Of a stretch of 64,000 bases of DNA, positions 9,407 through 19,959 are shown one piece after another (positions within the stretch are counted from its first letter, which is position 1; the number at the start of each line of letters is the position of its first letter). The stretch is from Thermoanaerobaculia bacterium. Its GTDB lineage: Bacteria; Acidobacteriota; Thermoanaerobaculia; Multivoradales; JAIOJS01. Both the position numbers and the translations under genes were made by a program. Below the pieces are notes generated by a model, which worked only from the letters and a program-made list of their open reading frames with translations, was not told where the DNA came from and did not search any database. The stretch lies in assembly GCA_963837455.1 (NCBI GenBank), contig CAWINM010000002.1, forward strand, positions 129,359 through 193,358, given 5' to 3'.

Positions 9407-11386
9407 TTGAAGATCTCCACCATCCTCGACCACATCGACAACGGTCACATGGCCCTGCCGGAGTTCCAGCGTGGCTATGTCTGGAACCGCGATCAAGTGC
9501 GCGGGCTCTTCGATTCTCTCTACCGCCGACATCCGGTCGGCGGTCTGCTGGTCTGGGCCACCGAGTCGAAGACGGCTGCTCATCGCGGCGACGGGGCGCT
9601 GGCCGCTGGAGTCGTCAAGCTGTTGCTCGACGGCCAACAGCGTATGACCTCGCTCTATGGGGTGGTGCGCGGCCGACCTCCCAAGTTCTTCGATGGCAAC
9701 GCCCAGGCATTCACCGGCTTGCGCTTCCACCTCGACAGCAGGACCTTCGAGTTCTATCAGCCGGTAAAGATGAAGGACGATCCGCTCTGGATCGACGTCA
9801 CCGAGCTGATGCGCCAAGGAACCGCCGGCCTGGGCGACTTCGTCACTCGCCTTGCCGCCCAGCCTGCGCTGGCGCCCAAGATGGGTGAATACGTAGTGCG
9901 CTTGGGCCTCCTGCTGAGCGTGACCGAGATCGAGCTCCACGTCGAGGAGGTGACCGGCGTCGACAAGTCGCTCGACGTGGTGGTCGACATCTTCAACCGC
10001 GTCAACAGTGGCGGCACCAAGCTCTCGAAGGGCGATCTCGCCCTCGCCAAGATCTGCGCCGACTGGCCCGAGGGTCGCGAAACCATGAAGGCCAAGCTCC
10101 GGGAGTGGGCGAAGGCCGACTACCACTTCAACCTCGACTGGCTCTTGCGCTCTGTGAATACGGTGCTCACCGGCGAGGCAAAGTTCCAGCACCTGCACGA
10201 GAAGAGCGCCGATGAGGTGAGAGCCGCACTTGCGCGGACCACCAAACACATCGATACGAGCCTCAACATGATCGGTGGCCGGCTGGGCCTTGACCACGAT
10301 CAGGTGTTCTTTGGACGTTTTGGCGTACCGGTGATGGCGCGCTTCCTCGACCAGCGGCAAGCGCGCAGGCTCGGCTCGATGAACGAGGAGGAGCGCGACA
10401 AGCTGCTGTTCTGGTTCGTGCAGGCGGCGATGTGGGGGCGCTTCTCGGGCTCAACCGAGACCTTCATCGATCAGGACCTAGCTGCGCTCGAAGGCGCGGA
10501 TGGAGGTCTCGACAGCTTGATCGAGCAGCTGCGGCTCTGGCACGGCGGCCTGCGAGCGGAGCCGGGGCATTTCACGGGCTGGAGCCTGGGCGCGCGCTTC
10601 TACCCGGTGCTCTACATGCTCACCCGCATGGGAGCGGCGCGGGACTGGGGCACTGGCCTCCCTCTCAAGGCGAATCTGCTCGGCAAGATGAGCCGTCTCG
10701 AAGTGCACCACGTCTTCCCAAAGGCGCAGCTCTACCGTCACGCGCCGCGGTACAGGAAGCCGGAGGTCAACGCTCTGGCGAACTTCTGCTTCTTGACGAA
10801 AGATACCAATCTCGACATCAGTGACACGCTGCCCGAGGAGTATTTCCCAGAGGTCGAGCGTGCTCACCCTGGAGCACTCGCATCGCAGTGGATTCCCACC
10901 GAGCCCGCACTTTGGAAGATCGCCCGCTTCCGTGATTTTCTCGAAGCGCGCAAGGTGCTGCTGGCCGAGGAGCTCAATCGGCGCATGGAGGACCTGCTTC
11001 ACGGCGACACCCGCTGGCTCGCTGGCGTGCCGACAGCGGTATCGCCCCCTGCGATGGTTGCCGGGGGCATCACGAGCGAAGGGGAAGAGGCAGAGCTCGA
11101 ACGGCTCAACGACTGGCTGGAGGCCGAGAGGCTGCCGCGCGGAGTGTTGGCCTACGACTTCGCCGACCCGCACTCTGGGGAGCAGAAGGCGGTCTTTGAT
11201 CTCGCCTGGCCCAATGGCATCCAGGAGGAGCTCAGCCAGCCGGTTGCAGTGCTCCTCAACGAGGATGCGGCGACGATCGGCATCGCCAGCCAAGGGGGAT
11301 TCCGCTGTTTCACGAGCACCGAGGAGTTCAAGCGCTACGTAGCGCTGGAGATCCTGGCCCTCGAATCGACTAAGCTCCCTGCGTAG
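9407..11386 (+). CDS. GmrSD-like DUF262 protein with HNH-type C-terminal region
   Basis: PEFQRGYVW, LLDGQQR, IFNRVNSGGTKL, EVHHVFPK...N. TTG start preceded by AAAGGA. Confidence 0.88.
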   Translation: MKISTILDHIDNGHMALPEFQRGYVWNRDQVRGLFDSLYRRHPVGGLLVWATESKTAAHRGDGALAAGVVKLLLDGQQRMTSLYGVVRGRPPKFFDGNAQAFTGLRFHLDSRTFEFYQPVKMKDDPLWIDVTELMRQGTAGLGDFVTRLAAQPALAPKMGEYVVRLGLLLSVTEIELHVEEVTGVDKSLDVVVDIFNRVNSGGTKLSKGDLALAKICADWPEGRETMKAKLREWAKADYHFNLDWLLRSVNTVLTGEAKFQHLHEKSADEVRAALARTTKHIDTSLNMIGGRLGLDHDQVFFGRFGVPVMARFLDQRQARRLGSMNEEERDKLLFWFVQAAMWGRFSGSTETFIDQDLAALEGADGGLDSLIEQLRLWHGGLRAEPGHFTGWSLGARFYPVLYMLTRMGAARDWGTGLPLKANLLGKMSRLEVHHVFPKAQLYRHAPRYRKPEVNALANFCFLTKDTNLDISDTLPEEYFPEVERAHPGALASQWIPTEPALWKIARFRDFLEARKVLLAEELNRRMEDLLHGDTRWLAGVPTAVSPPAMVAGGITSEGEEAELERLNDWLEAERLPRGVLAYDFADPHSGEQKAVFDLAWPNGIQEELSQPVAVLLNEDAATIGIASQGGFRCFTSTEEFKRYVALEILALESTKLPA

Positions 11387-11817
11387 GTGGGTGTCCCCGT
11401 GAGGGTGGGCGGCCAGATCATTGCATGAAGCACCGCTGGTGGGGTGTCGGCGCCGTGCCGACGGCGCCGCGGCGGGCGGTGGTGCTCCTCGGCCCACGAG
11501 ATGGGTAAAGACCGTGCACGGCTTGGTGCAGCAGCATGCGCCCATCGACCCCGGGCTGCGCTGCGTGTGAGCGGCTCTGCCGCCGAGAAGTGCCAGGCGA
11601 TTCGGCGTCGTCGAAGTGGCTTGCTGGTGAGGGCAGAGGGTCGCGTCAAAGCGATCGGAATCGTGTGCGGCTCACTGTTGGTTAGAGTGGCCTCCACGTG
11701 GGCTCGTCCTCGACGGGGCGCACAAGTGGCGCCTCACGCCTTCCAACCGTTTGCGTGATGACCCATTGGTCCACGTTAGTGTGGTGTGAAGCGCCGCGGC
11801 GGCGGCCAAGAGGAGCG

Positions 11818-12330
11818 CTATGCTAGTTCTTCGTGGCCTGGCCTGGCCAGGAGGTTGTTCGCCGCTTTCGGATCGGAACGCAGGTCGTAGAGCTCGTCAA
11901 TGTCCCAGACGCCGTAGTAGTGGATGTACTTGTAGCGGTCTTCACGCAGCGCATGAACGGTCGGGGTCTGTGGAAAGTTGCGCTCCCAGTAGTATTCGTA
12001 CAGCAGCTCGGTCCACCACGTTGTCTGTTTGCCTTGCATCAGCGGCAGGGCTTTAGTTCCGGCCATGTGTGGAGGGGCTTTCAGACCGGCTACTGCGAGC
12101 ATGGTCGGGGCAACATCGATGTTGGCCACCACCTGATCGAGGGTGCGTCCGCCTTCGAACAACCGCGGGCAGCGGGCCAGCATGGGGATGCGCATGGATT
12201 CTTCATACGCGGTGCGCTTGTCGATCAAGCCGTGTTCGCCGAAGGCAAAGCCGTTGTCGCCGAGATACAGGATCAAGGTGTCATCGAGCTTCCCCTGCCT
12301 TCCAGCAGATCCATGATCTGCGCGAGTCCT
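11818..12330 (-). pseudogene. Sulfatase C-terminal fragment
   Basis: YLGDNGFAFGEHGLIDKRTAYEESMRIP, NIDVAPT, ELYDLRSDP. N-terminus with the FGly motif is missing; abuts the IS end. Confidence 0.85.
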
Positions 12331-12336
12331 TAGTCC

Positions 12337-13364
12337 TGTAGGAAATTGCTTGTTGCCCCAAGGTCGGGGGCTCGTAGCCAGCGGCAGGTGCGATCCTCCT
12401 TCGGGGTCCCAGGAGTTGCCTCCGGGCCGATGGGGTGATGTTCACGGTCGGTCGCGCTCGACCCCCAAGGACCCATCCAACCTGAACCCCAACGACCCCA
12501 ACGAGCCCGGATCAGGCGTTCGAGACGTAGAGCTCCATCTCGGCGGGCGGCGAGTGGGCGAGCGGCTCGGGTTGCTGCGGCGCGAAGCCCAAGTGGGCGA
12601 GGAGGCGGCGGAGAGAGGCGAAGTCGATGAGGAAGGCGACGATGCGCATCGACGTGCACGCGAGCGAGAAAGTCGAGGATGTCCCATCGAGCCACCGACT
12701 CGCCCCGGCCATCGCGATGCCCGGGTCGGGCGCGGTAGACGACCTCGCCGGAGGCTTCGTCCCAGGCCAGCCGCTCGAGCACGAGCGGGCAGCGGATGCC
12801 GTAACGGCGGAGCCGAACGGCTTCGGGGCGGGATTCGACGGGTGCGCCGGCGTGGACCGAGAATCCGCTGTGGCGCCGCGAGAGAAGGTTGGCGACGACC
12901 TCTTCGGAGGAGCTTGCGGTCGAAGCGAAAGTAGATCCGGAGCCGCTTCGGGATCGTGAAGACGATCTGGCGGTGCGGCACTTCTGCGAGCAACCCGGAG
13001 GCGCACTCCTCCCAGAGGAGCTCGCGCTTCTGGTGACAGGAGGGGCACAGGCAGCGCAGCTTGCAGGAGAAGGCGATCAGGACGTCGTGCCCGCAGTCGG
13101 CACAATGCGCACGCGCCGCGCCGTGGGCGAAGATGCCGCAGTCGAGATACCGGTAGACGGCCTTCTCGACCGCGCGGCGGGAGAACCCGTGGGCCGGCTC
13201 GAAGCGCTCCTCGTAGACCGCGAGCAGGTGCTCGAGCTCCTCCGCGAGCGCGCGGTAGAGCACCGTGCGCTCCGGACGCCGGGGGCGGTAGAGCCGGGGA
13301 GCCGAAGGGGCGGCGGCCATCTCCTCTGCGAACAGAGAAAACGGAATCCGCGTCTCTCAACTTG
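12337..13364 (-). mobile_element. IS91-family element (copy 2), internally deleted, with candidate termini
   Basis: Zn-binding domain YLDCG..CADCGH..FSCKLRCLCPSC from ATG 13320. HUH and RYWGWY segments deleted relative to copy 3. CAAG plus imperfect hairpin at 13334-13364; AAGCAATTTCCTAC at 12338-12351. Confidence 0.85.
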
Positions 13365-13754
13365 CACGGCGCGATGTCGGAGGCGCGTCGCCACCACCTG
13401 GTTGGTGCGCAGGTCGCGCAGGAAGGGCTGGTACCCCTTGCCGGGCAACGCCTGCATCTCGGCCTCCATCGAGGCGGCGTAGAGGCCGTCGTAGCCGAGC
13501 TCGGCGAAGTGCCTCGAGCCGAGGAAGTGGTGGAACTGCTCCCAGTTGTGCGCCAGGCGGCCGCCACCGTGCAGGGCGCTGAAGTTGAAGGAGGCGGCGA
13601 CGGCACGGCGGTGACGGCGACGAGGCCGCGCCGCACTCAGCCCTGCCAGCGGGGGGTACCCGCTCATCGAGCAGCACCAGCGCGACACCCGCTCCGACAG
13701 CACCGCCTTGACGGCAACCTCGAGGGACTCGTTTCATCGCGGCGGACGGAGCAT
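13365..13754 (-). pseudogene. Fragment of an uncharacterised membrane protein
   Basis: WEQFHHFLGSRHFAELGYDGLYAAS...RDLRTNQVV block; frameshifted upstream and truncated by the IS. Confidence 0.45.
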
Positions 13755-13943
13755 GGCACCACGGCGGGCGAAACGGTGTGGCCCGGCGGCAAGCCGCCGA
13801 CTGGCCAGACTTGTTATCGCCGCACGGAGGCTCGATTCCACAAGCCAGACTCTCGTCCCAAGGTCAGACACCTCGGGGTCTATGCCGGCGCAAGGAACCC
13901 GAATCGCCCAGTCGCCCCCGGACTCTGCAGCGCCAGTTGGAAG

Positions 13944-13958
13944 CGGCACGGAACGTGC
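13944..13958 (+). promoter_or_regulatory. Candidate sigma-54 -24/-12 promoter
   Basis: CGGCACggaacGTGC gives GG-N10-GC, about 30 nt upstream of ATG 13990 and its GGAGG RBS. Confidence 0.5.
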
Positions 13959-13989
13959 GTTCCAGCACCAGCACAGAGAGGAGGCGAGC

Positions 13990-14361
13990 ATGGCCAGGAA
14001 GAGCATCGTGATCATCGAGGACAGCAAGGTCGCCGCCTCCATCTAGCGCACTCTCCTGCAAGGCGAGGGCTACGACATCCACGTCGGCGTCGATGGTGAA
14101 GCGGGGCTGTGCTTGATCAGCGAAGTACGCCCCGACCTGGTTGTGCTCGATCTAGGACTTCCCCGGATGAGCGGGATCGAGGTGCTCGGTCGGATCCGCC
14201 AGCGTCCGGAATTCGCGAAACTCCCGGTCTTCGTTCTCTCGGGGGCCTACAGCCACGCGGTCGACGAGGCATGGGCGGCAGGCGCCACCGGCGTCCTCTC
14301 CAAGGCAGCCGATACTCCGAAGAAGGTGGCGGGAATCATCCGCGCCGCGCTCGCGGCGTAG
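13990..14361 (+). pseudogene. Single-domain response regulator with an internal TAG
   Basis: IVIIED, PDLVVLDLGLPRMSG, LSK. In-frame TAG at 14044-14046; the frame continues to 14361. Confidence 0.85.
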
Positions 14362-14509
14362 TTGCTGAAGCCGCTGCTCACTGCGGTCCGCGCGTCACTC
14401 GCCGGACCGACCTCGCAGCACAACCTCCACTATCCCGAGCAAGGCCCTCGGCCTGAATGGTTTGTGCAGAAACGCAGCGCCGCGTTCGAGGGCGCTGAGG
14501 CTCCGCAGG

Positions 14510-14620
14510 GGGCGCGTCTGCGTAACCGGACATATAGAGCACTCTCAGGTCGGGCCGCCAGCCGCGGAACCTTTCGGCGACCATCGGGCCCCGCCATGTC
14601 GGGCAGGACGATGTGGAGGC
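14510..14620 (-). pseudogene. Receiver-domain fragment of a hybrid sensor kinase
   Basis: VLPDMAGP / RPDLRVLYMSGYAD across a frameshift. Confidence 0.6.
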
Positions 14621-14721
14621 GAAAGCTTGGGCCGAGCCGGGTAAGGCGGCAAGCGCCACGCCAGCGAGGGCCGGGGTGGTGAGAACTGGCCGCGCTGATC
14701 GCGATACGCTGACGGCCGGTC

Positions 14722-15534
14722 CGCAGCGCCGAGCTTGGCAGCTTCACGCGCGCGGCTGAAGCAATGCGGACGACGCAGGCTGCGGTTCAGCTTGAAGCTG
14801 AAGCGGCCTGAAGAGAGGCTCGGCTGCCGGCTGGTCGAGCGCACGCCCCGGCACGTGCAGCTTTCGGCGCGGGGCGCAGCCTTCCTCGAACACGCCCGCG
14901 AACTCTTGGCGGCACACGATCGCGCGCTCGCCGTATTTGCCGGAGCCTGGCAGCGCCTCACCATCGGCATCAGCGACCATGTTGCAGGGGCGGAGCTCTC
15001 CGCGTTGATCGCGCGCATGAACGCGCAAGACCGGAAGCTGTTGATCGAAATCCCGATCGGATCGTCGGGCGATCTGCTTCAAAGCTTCGACCGGCGGGAA
15101 CTCGATACGGCGATCGTCCGCCTGCATGTCGGGGCGGAGTGACGGGGAGATTCTGCCAAGGGAAAATTCGGCTGGTTCGCGGCGCCGAGCTGGCAGCATC
15201 GCGCGGGCGAACCCCTGCCGCTTGCCACGCTTGCCGAGCCCTGCGGCGTGCGTGCGATGGCGGCAACTTCTCGATGCGGCGGGCGTGCCCTGGACTCAAA
15301 TTTTCGGCGGTGGCGGCGTTGCGGCGGTCGCTGCGGCCGTCATGGCTGGGCTCAGCGTTGCTGCATTGGCTCCGCGCATGCTGCCCATTTGGCGCAGTTG
15401 ATGTAGGTCCCAAGCTCGGGCTTCCCGATTTACCGCGCTTGCCAGTTCTGCTTCATTCAAGGGTCAAGGACGGCGGGCCGCGCGATGCACTTGCCGCGCC
15501 TTCGGCTGCCTTCAGGAGCGCGGTGCGAGGCTAG
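14722..15534 (+). pseudogene. LysR-family regulator, 5'-truncated and frameshifted
   Basis: AELGSFTRAAEAM.TTQAAV / LKLKR.EERLG.RLVERTPRHV.L HTH; substrate domain pieces in alternating frames. Confidence 0.85.
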
Positions 15535-16370
15535 CCACTGTACGGCTCCCCTGACCTTCTTCCTTCTGTTCGGTATCTAAGCGCTGAATACGGCCGCGGC
15601 GCCGGGGTGCCGGCTCGCGGTAGAGGCGACCGCCCCGATAGGAGACGGCCGCCAGCAGGAGCGCGGCGACCGTCACCACCAGCACGGCGGCGCTCGCCAG
15701 CTTGCGGCGGTGGCGCTGGAGCAAGCGCGCCGCGCGGTAACGGCGGCCACCCTGCCGCGCCTCGACCGGCCGACCGTCGAGGTAGCGGTGGAGGTCGGCA
15801 GCCAGCGCGCCGGCGTCGGGGTGGCGGGCAGCCGGCTGCTTGCGCAGCGCTCGCAGGCAGATCCGCGTCGAGGTCGCGACCGATGAGGCGACGGCCAGCG
15901 CGGCGTCGGCGGGCGCCGCGGGGCCCTTCGCCGGTGGCCACGTCGGGGTGGCTCTGCGCCTGCCGCGCAGCAGTGCTCGGCGGCTCGGGGTCGGTCTCCA
16001 GCACGGCGCGCTCGAGGGCGGCGGCGGAGGTCCCGCGCCCGCGAACGGCCGCCGCTTCGCCAGCAGCTCGTAGAGCAGGACGCCGAGCGCGCCAGACCGA
16101 CCCCATGCCGCCGTGGCCGATCGGCTCGATCAACGTGTAGGCACCGAGGCGCTGCCCGGCGAGAGTCGCCGGCGGCGCGGAGTCGACCGGCGATTCGAGG
16201 AAGCCATCGTCACGCAAGCGACCCGCCTCCGCGAGCAACTCGGCGAGCTCGGCCGCGAGCGGCTCGTTGGCCGCCTGGATCTGCGCCAGGTCGCGGGCCT
16301 GCGCCTCGCCGTCGAGCGCCAGCAGGCGCTCGAGGTGGGGACCGACCTCCCGCCACCGTTCGGCGTTCAC
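15531..16370 (-). pseudogene. Ser/Thr protein kinase remnant with large internal deletions
   Basis: ERWREV, LGAYTLIEPIGHGGMGSVW joined directly to ALGVLLYELL; LAADLHRYLDGRPVEA and a TM helix remain. Confidence 0.85.
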
Positions 16371-16528
16371 GCGGTGATCTCGAAGTGGCCACCGCGCTTC
16401 TGCGCGGCGCCGCGCCGCACGCGGTCCACGATCAGCCACCGCATCGCGCGCGCCTCGAACAAGGTGTTCGCGGCCGCGGGGGTGCCGCGCTCGGCTTCCT
16501 GGAACAGCCGCGAGAGGGTCGTCTCCAC
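16367..16528 (-). pseudogene. ECF-type sigma factor remnant (kinase-associated type)
   Basis: TLSRLFQEAERGTPAAANTLFE joined to ARAMRWLIVDRVRRGAAQKRGG; stop overlaps the kinase GTG. Confidence 0.7.
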
Positions 16529-16713
16529 GCTGGACCTCCATCCGGAGCCGGTCGGTTCGTGCCACCGCTACGCTATCGCTTCCCTCCTGCCTCGACAACG
16601 GGTCGACGGCTGCAGGCTGTCGGCTTTTGCGCGCCGAATCCGATCCCATACTCGGACGGCGCTCTCACGTCGCGTAACGAGGAATCGAATCCAGCCTTCC
16701 CGGAGGGATCCAC

Positions 16714-18060
16714 ATGCACCGATCACCGCTCTTCGCAACACTCGTCTTCGCAACCCTCGTGTTGCTCTGCGCCGCCGCGGCCGCCTCGGCCGCCACGCTC
16801 ACCTACCCCGGCGCAGCACCCTGCAACACCACTTTGCAGGCCTGCGTCACCGGGGCGAGCCCGGGCGATACCGTCCAGATCGCCACCAACACGCCGATCA
16901 CCGAGAACATCACCGCCTTGCAGCCGCTGACGCTGACCGCCGCGGCCGGGTTCACGCCGGTGTTGAACGGTTCCGCGCAGCTGCAGGGCAACGGCGCGAG
17001 CCCGACCTCGTCGACGATCTCGAACCTCACCGTCAACGGCACCATCTCCGCCAAGCAGATCGGCACCGGCGACTTCGACGTCCACATCGTCGGCAACACT
17101 GTCAACATCAGCGACCGCTTCGCCAACGCCATCGAGCTCGACTCCTTCCAGTCGCCGCCCACCGACCAGGTCACGTTCGACGTCAGCAACAACGTCGTCA
17201 ACGTCACCGGCGGCAGCGCCAGCGACCAGTGCCGCGGCATCTTTCAAGGCGGCCTGCCGTCCAGCGGCTCCGGCACCAGCTCCATCGTCGGCAACCGGCT
17301 GACCGTCACGGACTGCGGTGAGGGTTCGGCGATCGTGGTCGACGTCAATCCCGGCGATGCCCTGAGCACGGACATCCTCCGCAACTACGTCGTCGCCACC
17401 AACACCAACGACGGCATCCTGGTACGCAACCCCGCCGACAGCGCGACGCCCACCGGGCTCGCAGCCCGCATCATCGACAACGTGGTCACCGGCGAGACGG
17501 CGCAGGCCGGCGCCGCCGATGCCATTGCGGTGGACGCCCGTAACGGCCAGCCGATCATTGTGCAGGTGGTCAATAACACCGTCGCCTTCAACGAGAACGG
17601 CATCTTCGTCACCGGCAGGTCCGACCTCGGCGGCACCGTCAGCGGCGTCGTCGCCAACAACATCGTGGCCGACAACACGCTCAGCGGCCTCTTCATCGGA
17701 ACCGACTTCCAGGCGACGGTGAGCAACGACCACAACCTGGTGTTCAACAATGGCTTCGACGGCTTCGTGGCCGGCCCGGGCACGGTAATCGCCGACCCGC
17801 TCTTCGTCTCGAACACCGACTTCCATCTGCAGGCGACCTCGCCCGCCATCAACGCCGGCAACAACGTCCGCGTGCCACCGGACATCACCACCGACATCGA
17901 GGGCAACCCGCGCATCCAGAACGGGCAAGTGGACATCGGCGCCTACGAGAGCCCCTTCGCCCTCTCCGCGACTGCGGTCCCCGCCCTCTCGACGGCCAGC
18001 CTGCTCCTGCTCGTGGCCCTGCTCGCCATCGCCGGCTGGGCGCTGGGCCGGAGGACGTGA
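16714..18060 (+). CDS. Secreted beta-helix protein with choice-of-anchor Q-like region and IPTL-CTERM-like tail
   Basis: Signal peptide, Asn-rich beta-helix repeats, DFHLQATSPAINAG...DIEGNPR...VDIGAYE, then VPALS + TM + RR. Confidence 0.8.
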   Translation: MHRSPLFATLVFATLVLLCAAAAASAATLTYPGAAPCNTTLQACVTGASPGDTVQIATNTPITENITALQPLTLTAAAGFTPVLNGSAQLQGNGASPTSSTISNLTVNGTISAKQIGTGDFDVHIVGNTVNISDRFANAIELDSFQSPPTDQVTFDVSNNVVNVTGGSASDQCRGIFQGGLPSSGSGTSSIVGNRLTVTDCGEGSAIVVDVNPGDALSTDILRNYVVATNTNDGILVRNPADSATPTGLAARIIDNVVTGETAQAGAADAIAVDARNGQPIIVQVVNNTVAFNENGIFVTGRSDLGGTVSGVVANNIVADNTLSGLFIGTDFQATVSNDHNLVFNNGFDGFVAGPGTVIADPLFVSNTDFHLQATSPAINAGNNVRVPPDITTDIEGNPRIQNGQVDIGAYESPFALSATAVPALSTASLLLLVALLAIAGWALGRRT

Positions 18061-18105
18061 CGGGCGCCAGACTGCGCCGCATGCATCTGCCGTCGTCGCG
18101 CTCGG

Positions 18106-18347
18106 CAATGTCCCAGACGCCGTAGTAGTGGATGTACTTGTAGCGGTCTTCACGCAGCGCATGAACGGTCGGGGTCTGTGGAAAGTTGCGCTCCCAGTAG
18201 TATTCGTACAGCAGCTCGGGCCACCACGTTGTCTGTTTGCCTTGCATCAGCGGCAGGGCTTTAGTTCCGGCCATGTGTGGAGGGGCTTTCAGACCGGCTA
18301 TTGCGAGCATGGTCGGGGCAACATCGATGTTGGCCACCACCTGATCG
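18106..18347 (-). repeat. 242-bp second copy of the sulfatase fragment at 11898-12139
   Basis: Direct comparison: same orientation and length, 2 mismatches seen. Confidence 0.9.
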
Positions 18348-18906
18348 GGCTCCTCCGTCCAGAAGGCGCGGGTCACCGGGTCATGGACACGGAGAAGTAG
18401 GCGCTCGCGGTACTCGGGTTGCGCGAGAAGGCGCGAGGCGGAGAGGAGTGTTCCCTCCGCCTCGCAAGCCGCGGCGAGTGCATGCCCGAGGACGTACTCC
18501 AGCCGTGGCCCCAAGGAGTCCGCCCACAGCGCCCGAAAAGACGAGAGGAGCGACGAGACGATGAGGTGCCGCGGCACCGGGAAGTGGGGAGCGAGAAGGT
18601 TCAGGCGACCGATGAATCGCTGTCGGCAGCGTCGAGGTACACGACGTCATCGAAGCGATGCCGGGGCACTAGGTCGAGGAGCTGCTCGGCGAGGTCGCCG
18701 TGCGGATCGAAGAGCGCAAGCCCCTCGCCGGCGGCGAGCGATTGCGCCACCAGGTGGCGAAGCCACGACGTTTTCCCCGTGCCGGTGCGGCCGAGGATGA
18801 AGAGGTGGCGCCGACGCTCCTCCGCTGAGAGGGTGACGTCTTGGACGTCACCGCCCCACGTCGAGCGCTGGCCTAGGTGAATTGAGCCGGGTGGTCGTGG
18901 GTGCAC
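18348..18906 (-). pseudogene. VirD4/HerA-like ATPase (type IV coupling protein-like), N-terminal fragment
   Basis: RRRHLFILGRTGTGKT, FDPHGDLAE, WADSLGPRLEYVL, DPVTRAFWTEE. Frameshift near 18605; fused to the sulfatase copy. Confidence 0.8.
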
Positions 18907-18976
18907 AGGAAGCCCCAGCTCACCGCGCGCACACCGTATTGGTGACAGGGCGCTCGGCATAACAAGGGCCTGCTCT

Positions 18977-19864
18977 GCTCACGGTCGGTGGTGGTCGACC
19001 CCCAAGGACCCATCCAACCTGAACCCCAACGACCCCAACGAGCCCGGATCGGGCGTTCGAGAGGTAGAGCTCCATCTCGGCGGGCGGCGAGTGGGCGAGC
19101 GGCTCGGGTTGCTGCGGCGCGAAGCCCAAGTGGGCGAGGCGGCGGGGAGAGGCGAAGTCGATGAGGAAGCGACGATGCGCATCGACGCGCCGCAGTAGGG
19201 GCAGAGCAGCGGATCGATCTCGTAGACCTTGCGGATCAGCTGCGACCAAGTCAGGTGCCGCTGCCTGCCTTCGCCGTCAGCTGGATCCCTGCTCGCGCGG
19301 GGCTCGGCGCTCGATTCGCCCTGCTGTCGTAGCGGTCGGCCCCGCGCCGCGTTGCTGTACCAGCCCCAGTAGCGCAGGAGCTGCTGGCCCGGGTCGGGCA
19401 CGTGATCGCGCACGCGAGCGAGAAATTCGAGGATGTTTCATCGAGCCACCGACTCGCCCCGGCCATCGCGATGCCCGGGTCGGGCGCGGTAGACGACCTC
19501 GCCGGAGGCTTCGTCCCAGGCCAGCCGCTCGAGCACGAGCGGGCAGCGGATGCCGTAACGGCCGAGCCGAACGGCTTCGGGGCGGGATTCGACGGGTGCG
19601 CCGGCGTGGACCGAGAATCCTTTGTGGCGCCACGAGAGAAGGTTGGCGACGACCTCTTCGGTTCGAGCGAGAAGGTGGCGGAAGCTGCCGTTCGGCAGCC
19701 AGCCGCCATCGGTGAGGAGCACGTGGAGATGGGGGTGCCAGCCCAGAAGCTCGCCGTCTGGAGGAAGCCAATTGCGCCGGGCGACACCTGCTCGCGATCG
19801 AACCAGACCTGGAAGTAGAGCCGAAGGGCTCTCCAGGCGCAGCCCAGGGAGCTCACCGAGGAGC
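18977..19864 (-). mobile_element. IS91-family transposase fragment (copy 3)
   Basis: PGAIGFLQT, HUH motif HPHLHVLLTDGG, RYWGWYSN, DPLLCPYCG. Lacks the Zn domain; shares 3' flank with copy 2. Confidence 0.85.
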
Positions 19865-19959
19865 GAGGAGTGCGGCGGGCTCGTGCTCGCCTACCTGGAG
19901 GCGGCCGGGGGGGAGGCGGGAGGCGAGATCTCCGACGAAGCCGACCACGTCCGCCTGGA

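Noticed and set aside
14044-14046. Amber read-through or recoding (also TAG at 35446)
   Set aside because: Each is one substitution from an expected Tyr or Trp codon, and TAG is used as a normal stop by many genes here.
18957-18980. Integron attC-like GCATAAC
   Set aside because: No matching GTTRRRY arm or pairing downstream, no cassette array and no integrase.
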